Shown: in pieces, positions 57,256-64,000 of the stretch | Layout of the letters: the number at the start of each line of letters is the position of its first letter | How positions within the stretch are numbered: the stretch's first letter is position 1 | Source of the DNA: Macrostomum lignano | Lineage: Eukaryota | Direction: 5' to 3' | Assembly: GCA_002269645.1 (NCBI GenBank) | Contig: NIVC01003259.1 | Span: 1-64,000 of the forward strand | Length of the DNA: 64,000 nt | Made by a program: the position numbers and the translations under genes | The notes under the pieces: generated by a model | Seen by the model: only the letters and a program-made list of their open reading frames with translations | Databases searched by the model: none | Told to the model about the DNA's origin: nothing

Positions 57256-59764
57256 TTTCAAGCATCAACAACATTGGTGAACAGATTGCTCAGCCAAACA
57301 TTATTGAAGAACCGGCTGGATTGGATTCCCTGATGGAGGTATTGGGAGACGGGGAATTTGAGGCTGCTAATAATGTCGTACCTGGATACCAACTGCAACT
57401 GGTGCTGCCACCAGTAATTGGAGCAGGATATATTATAAAAATTGAAAATGACAGCATTATTTTTGTGTCTCGTTGAGCAAGCGAATTCTTGGTCACTTGG
57501 TCATTCTTGGCTATTGTGTATCTTAAAAATTCAATTTAACTTACATTTTTTACTTTAATTTGTACTTTAGCTTTTTTTATTTACAATAAGCCAAGAAGTG
57601 TTTTTTGTTTAAATCAATAGCGATTAGCAAAGCTAGATAGAATATTTCGAGCATCATAGCTTTCAGTAGTATCAATCTACAATTAAATAAGCCAATCATG
57701 TAATTGTTGACTCAAATATGAATACAAGTTTTTGAAAATCTAGAACTGCCTCAAGCAGCACCGGTCGTAGCCCCAGTTTTCAACCTTTTTTTGCCTGCGG
57801 TAACTGGCAGGGGCTATGAAATTCATTTTGACAATCAAAAGTTTACCCTGATAGCATTGTAATTGTAAGTCTAAATACTTTGATGCAGAAAAATTGAAGT
57901 AAAAATATACTGCTAGCATTCGATTTTTTACTTCATTATGACTGGATAAGTTGGAATTTCGTTTCTATTTAATCAATTTCAATATTAGTTTTTCACTTAA
58001 ATATAATAGTTTGAAAGTTTAATTTGTATCCATACTTTGTATTAGAGATGTATTTGACCACTCAACTAATTGCAGCTAATGGAATCAAATAACAGGCAAA
58101 GTGGCAGAGCAGGACTCAAGCGAGTTTTCAGAGTCCGATTGTGACTGCTGGTCAGAATCAGAGAGAGAAGATAATTGGTCTGAATCAAGTTCCGGGGCAG
58201 ACTACTCGGAGAGTGATTTCGATGGGCTCTCTGAAACCGACACCAACAACACTAAGCAAGATTGTGCTAGTAGCGGTTCCAGTCTGATCGACACCGGCGG
58301 TGGTAGTGCAGGAAGCGACACCGGCGGCGGCAGTGCAGGAAGCGACACCGGCGGCGGCAGTGCAGGAAGGGAACTCAGCTTGATCGAAAACAACGGTGCC
58401 AGCAATATTCATCCTTATCGTGAGTCAACAACATTTTTAATTTCAGCCTTAAGTTATTTAATTCCTGGGTGCATTCGAAGTTTTGTATTTAAAAATCGAG
58501 AAATTCGATTTAAGTGTGCTTATTGAGTCTAAATTTCATTACCATGGAATACCATCCTTTGAGTAACAGAAAATAAGCAAAGCTGTTAATTTTTCATTTT
58601 AGACATTCAGCAAGTAGCAAGTGCGCACAACGAAACCCTGGTGGTGTATCGAATTTCCGTGCCAAGCGATGCACCATGTGACCCATTTGAACTCGCCCGA
58701 CGGAGCAGGGAAGCAATACAGCGAATTTTATTCGAGAAGATGGTGAATCCAAATCTTTTAGTTAGAGCGCAGCTAAAAATGAGCATCCGAATGAACAGAA
58801 TCCAAGCTGGTGAAGTGGTGAACCAGGAAGAAAGATGGGTAAGCACTCGTTTGCAACCTGTCAATGACGCCGCTTGCTTTGATGATTGGTGGAAACAGCA
58901 GATTGATGGTTGCGAAGGCATCATTGAGAAGATGAACACAAATGGCAGTGGTTGGGTGATTGTGCGCGTCAACTGCATCGACTTGAACATTGCGGTTGGT
59001 CAAAGACTGCGCTTCTACTCTGGTCACGCAAGCAATTTTGAATTACCTCCTCTGCTGAAAGCAAAAAAAGCCGTCATCAATCCTCCTAGTACTGGCTCTG
59101 ATTGTTTTTTGTATGCCTGCCTTGCAGTGCTGCATCACGGTGATGAGAATTTGAGGAAAAACCCTCAAAGGCTTTCTACTTACAAGGACTGGTTGAACGA
59201 TATCAATCTTTCAGGAATTTCCTTACCCGTTGGACTTAACCAGCTAAATCGAATCGAATTACTGAACCCAAGGTTATGTTTTGTAGTTTTTTTCTTGGTC
59301 AAGCAGTAACGGTGTCAGTGTGCTGAGGCAGCCACGAGTTGAAGTCGCATGCAGTCGCAAAGTAGTTCTTCTCCTACTATTGAACAAATCAGCTAACAAG
59401 GATGAAGAGGATAAACACTGGTGCGGAATTGCGAGCCTTGATAGGCTACTAAACAGTAAAAGCGGTCTTTACCACAGAAAATGGTGTGAACGCTGCTTGA
59501 GCTCTTTCGTAACTGATCAGAAGCTAAGTGAGCACAGAGAGCAGTGCTATCGCTTTAATGAGTTTGCTGTCAGGGAACGAGTTCCTACTGAGAAGCGCAG
59601 CGTGCTGTCTTTTCAAAACTACTTCAAAACTATTGAAGCACCGTTCGCTATCTATGCTGATATTGAAGCATTTAATTCTCCGCTAGGCCCCCACACTCGA
59701 GAGGTCATGCATCAGAAGGTTAAGGAAATGGAGGTCAGCGACAATGAGCAAGTCTGCAGCACAC

Positions 59765-59849
<85 letters not shown>
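59765..59849. repeat. (GCA)n/(AGC)n tract, poly-Ser in the pPolB frame
   Basis: Direct reading. Confidence 0.97.
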
Positions 59850-59850
<1 letters not shown>

Positions 59851-59853
59851 CAT

Positions 59854-62800
59854 ACCGCCAGTCAGCGCCCAAAGACCTGCCGGCGAAATCACCGAAAACA
59901 ACCCACTGGAGCGCATCCCGACCACTAATCGCACTATTATCGGAGGCGACTTCAACGCCCACGGCGCTTGGGATAACCACATGGAGGAGGACGAGCGAGG
60001 ACAGCGCGTCGAGGAATGGGCAACCAGAAATGGGCTGGCTATCTGCAACAGCAATGCTCATACCAGGACTAGCCCCGCCACCGGCAAACGGTCAACCCCG
60101 GACATTACCTGCGTTTCCGGCTCCTTGGCCGAAACGGTCACACGCAGCTGGAGGACTGGACCAGACTGCGGTAGCGATCACCTCCCGATCCTGTTCAACG
60201 CCGCGGCGCCCCGCCCTGCGCACAAACCAGGCCCCCCCCGCTGGAACTTTCGCAAAGCGAACTGGACAACCTACAAGTCGGAACTCCAGGCCAACCATTG
60301 CGCCCAACAGCCCAACCCTATTGGATCAGTGGCGAACGCCATGACCATTGACCAGGAAGCCGAAGCGCTCAGCAGCATGATCCTGAAGGCAGCACATAAG
60401 AGCATCCCGAGAGGCAGCACGGCGGGACGTCGGGCCCCATTCTGGTCCGAAGCCTGCTCAAATGCTTGCGCGGAAATCCAAGCTGCCCGGTCCCAAGCTG
60501 AGGAACTACAGACCCAAGAGGCCATTACAGCCTTCAACAGAGCCCGTCACCAAGCCGCCAAGGTCATCAGGAAAGAGCGCCGCGATCACCTCGAACAACG
60601 CGCGGAAGCGCTCGATGCCAACTCTGACCTTTTTAAGCTGCTCAGATCTATGCGCGGCGAAGCGCCCACGGGACGCGACCCTGCGGCAGTTAGCAGCCAG
60701 GCCTCCGGCAATCGCCCGGCGCGCACCTGCAACTCCGATAAAGAAAAGGCAAATCTCTTCTGCCAGCTTTATGCCGAGGTTAGCAGGGTTGAACGACGGG
60801 CGAGTGACGCAGCCATCCGCTACGAAGCCAACAGCGGCCTCCGGCAGTCCGAAGAGGAGGCCCAAGACCCGACCGCGGCCGACTTCACGCTGGGCGAACT
60901 CCGCACCGCGCTCCGTAAATTGAAGTCCGGTAAGGCGGCCGGCCCGGATGGCGTCAGCAACGAAATGCTTAAGCACCTACCAGCGGAGATCGACGAACGC
61001 CTGCTGCACCTCATCAACCGCAGCTGGAAAGACGGCTCCACGCCGAACAGCTGGCGCCGAGCGTTCATCATCCCAGTGCCAAAAAAGGGGAAGGACCCAA
61101 AACTCCCGAGCAGCTATCGACCGGTCGCGCTTACGAGCTGCATCGCCAAGTGCGCCGAACGTATGGTGCTAGCCAGACTCAACTGGACGCTAAAAACCAA
61201 GAACCTCCTGACGCCCTGCCAGGCTGGCTTCCGCCGACACCGCGGCTGCGACGAGCAGATAGCCAGGATATGTCAGGATATTTTCGACGGCCTCGAATCG
61301 CAGCCTCCCATCCGCAGCATTCTTGCCCTGTTAGACTTCTGTCGCGCCTACGACATGGTTTGGAGAGCAGCGCTTTATGCCAAGATGCTCCGCATGGGGA
61401 TCAACCGCCGCATCATCAGATGGGTCCGCGGTTTCCTCTGCCAACGCAGGGCAGCGGTGAAGTGGAACGCTGCCACCAGCCGCGAGCGCTGCTTCAGGGA
61501 AGGACTGCCACAGGGCAGCGTCCTCGCACCTACGCTCTGGAACTGCTACATTAACGACCTACCGAAAGCCATCTCGCGGGCAGCCCCTCAATCAGCAGTC
61601 AGCCTTTACGCAGATGACTCGGCCATCCTCTGCTCAGCCACTACTCTTCAGCGCTGCGCAATCAATCTTCAACCGGCCCTTGACGCAGCCGCAGAATGGT
61701 GCCGCCGGTGGAAGGTCGAACTTAGCCCCAACAAGTGCTGTTTCACGACCTTTTCGCTGGCACCCAACGAGACCAATGGGAAAGTTCGCCCGCACCTCAG
61801 CATCTGCGGCGAGCCTCTGCAGTTTGAGCTACACCCGACTTTCCTCGGCGTCAAACTTGATGGCCAGCTAACGTTCCAACACCATGCGGCGGATATCCGC
61901 CGCCGCATGGCAGTCCGCCGACGGCCCCTCGCCGCCCTGGCGACTCGTAGCGGCGGCGCCTCCTTCCACGTCCTCCGCACTGCCTACGTCGCCACCGTGC
62001 GTGCTATTGCCGACTACGCCTGCGGAATCTGGGGTGCCTTTGCGGCGCCGAGCAGCAGGCTTCTCATCGAACGGCAACAGTTTTGCTGCGCCAGGATCAT
62101 CTCGGGGTGCATTAAGCCCACGAACGTCAGGGCGCTCCTCGCGGCCGTAGACCTGCCGCCCATCGGACACCTGATCCTGGAGAGAGCGGCGACCTTGCGG
62201 GAACGGGCTCTGAGGCTGCCCGGGGAGGTCCCGGTGCACCAGACTGCCGCTAGATCCTGCCCGCCCCGCCTGAAAACCCGTGCTCACGAGGCGTGGCTAC
62301 GGGAGCAACACCCGGTGGATGACCGGGTCCTGCTGGAGAGCGACTACCGCAGGCCTTTCCGTGGTTGCTGGAGGCGCGCCGCACTGGAGCTCGGCATCAA
62401 CGCCCTCGAGCCTGCGGGGAAGCGCGCCCCCTTCCCGATGCCCGAGCCGCCATGGCAGTCACCCAGCGAAGTCAGCTTCGACACCAGCCTGCAGGTCACC
62501 TGCGGCCGCAAAGTGCCGGACAGCATCAGACGGGAGAGAGCCATCAACGCCCTGGAATCCAGACCTCAACACGATATCGTCATCTGGACTGACGGCAGCG
62601 CAACGGATGGCTGCCGGGACGGCCGTGGCGCGGCCGTCCTGCACACCCTCCTGTGGGGCGAAGTTCACACGACAGCCGCTGGCTCCATCTGCAGCAGCAC
62701 GACGGCGGAGCTAGCGGCTATAGCTCTAGGCATCCGCCGCTGCCTACAGCTTCAGAAACCACACGGGGGCAGCATCGACATTCTCACGGACAGCATGGCG

Positions 62801-63413
62801 GGCATCCTCACCCTGCAGCGCGGGCCAGCTGACCAACGCGAGCCCATGGGACAGCTGGTGTGGAGCCTGCTCAGTCAAGAAGCTCGCCCGGTCCGCTTTA
62901 CCTGGGTGCCGGCCCTCGTCGGCGTCGATGGCAACGAAAGAGCCGACAAGGCGGCGAACCGGGCTTCGGACCTGACGCAGGACCAGCCCATCGCCTTCGA
63001 AGCCGCCAGGGCTGCCATCAAACGAGCCAGGCGACACCTCGATCTTAAACTCTTGAATCGTAGCTCGCCCTGGAAGCGCTACGGCGGCCTGACTCGTGGC
63101 GAGACGGTGGCGGTTTGCCAATTGAGGGCCGGCTGCAGCACAGCCTGCGCGGCCACCCGCTACCGTATCGGCCTTACCGAGACTCCGCTCTGTCCGGACT
63201 GCGGAGACGAAGACACAGAAGAGCACCTCCTGCAGCAGTGTCCACGCGGAGACTCCGCCCGCCTTGCTCACCCTCTCGACCTCAACGACGCGGGCGGAAT
63301 CTGCCGGTATCTGAGGATGATGGGGCGGCCTGCAGGTCGCCCTCCCCCCCAGCCGCCGGACAGCGGCGATGCGGGGGCTGCGTAGAAGAAGAAGAAGAAG
63401 AAGAAGAAGAAGA
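59854..63413 (+). mobile_element. 5'-truncated non-LTR retrotransposon (APE-RT-RNase H-CCHC; I-group/Ingi-like) with a (GAA)n tail and 12-bp TSD
   Basis: GGDFNAH, TPDIT, GSDHLPI (APE); KAAGPDG, YRPVALTS, QAGFR, GLPQGSVLAP, YADD (RT); WTDGS, AELAAI, TDS, NERADKAA (RNase H); CPDCG..EHLLQQCP. Stop at 63385; TSD AGCAGCAGTCAT at 59842-53 and 63414-25. Confidence 0.96.
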
Positions 63414-64000
63414 AGCAGCAGTCATGTACAAGCAAGACCAGATGAGGGCATGGTAACTGGCAAAACCGTCTTTATTAGCGAGCATCTGCCTGCAGCGGGT
63501 GGATTTCTACTCGTTGCTCGTGAAGGCATGAAGGGACCACCACTCAAGGATCAAGGTAAGGTGAAGTTGGTTTCCAGTTCGAATCCATTGGAGTGTATGG
63601 AAACGTTTCTTCATGAGCTGGAACGCGTAGCTCGAGAAGTCTATGAATGGAACAGAAGGCACAGCTACCAAACGGCTGAAGCAGACACTATTGCTAGTCA
63701 TATCTTCAGTGAATCCTCCAACTGTCATTACTGTGATCGACAGTTTACTGACACTAATGACAAGCACTATGACCATGATCATCTGACTGGAAAATTCAAA
63801 GGCTCTGCATGTTCACGGTGTAACAAATTAGCGCAACTTCGCCGAAGATTTCTGCCGATTTTCTTCCATAATCTCCGAAATTATGACATGCACCACCTGT
63901 TTTCAACAGCGTTAGGAAATATGAAAAACTGGAAGCTGAGTGTCATTCCTCAGACTTCTGAACGCTATATGTCTCTTCGAATAGATTTCCCAATCGCCGA

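Larger units (their letters stand above)
58101..64000 (+). pseudogene. Polinton protein-primed DNA polymerase B (5' part), split by a LINE; runs off the window
   Basis: GSGWVI; KKAVINP..CFLYA; CERCL..EH..C; exo I AIYADIE; after the LINE: CHYC..DHDHLTGKFKGSACSRCN (endonuclease-VII-like) and exo II FHNLRNYD. One poly-T frameshift near 59290; putative intron 58420-58602. Confidence 0.9.

Noticed and set aside
56486-57333. Cys-rich (GCCCCS) or Ser/Ala-rich proteins
   Set aside because: Alternative frames of the 30-bp minisatellite; only the IxEQ frame continues the motif into unique sequence.
59744-59853. Poly-Ala N-terminus of a 1213-aa LINE protein
   Set aside because: The TSD places the LINE 5' end at 59854; the ATG and GCA tract are target DNA read in another frame.

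Overview
Eukaryotic (invertebrate-like) genomic DNA, not prokaryotic. The host cannot be named from sequence alone. 1-13.4 kb is a caspase-family cluster. Splice signals there suggest that the four minus-strand caspase-like ORF blocks are two duplicated multi-exon genes. Each would encode a ~1000-aa chain of four caspase-fold modules: three catalytically dead and one C-terminal module with the His/Cys dyad. The 9188-13415 copy is intact. The 3797-7676 copy and a convergent plus-strand copy (1-1047) are frameshifted. The rest of the window is nested mobile DNA. It includes tRNA-derived SINEs, a MITE, a DD41D Tc1/mariner element and minimal hammerhead-ribozyme motifs. A decaying Polinton/Maverick (~21.6-36.8 kb) carries pPolB relic, integrase, minor and major capsid, adenain and packaging ATPase genes, plus an unusual DEDD nuclease / TBP-like / PC4-like cargo module, and is interrupted by a Ty3/Gypsy element. 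A Penelope-like element sits inside a (GA)n tract. A second, different Polinton capsid module lies at 41-45 kb, followed by a ~7 kb 17-bp satellite with a 1885-bp higher-order duplication. A truncated second Gypsy has a -1 frameshift pseudoknot, and a Polinton-type pPolB (58-64 kb) is split by a young RNase H-bearing LINE with a 12-bp TSD. All protein assignments are from recognised motifs; no database searches were run.
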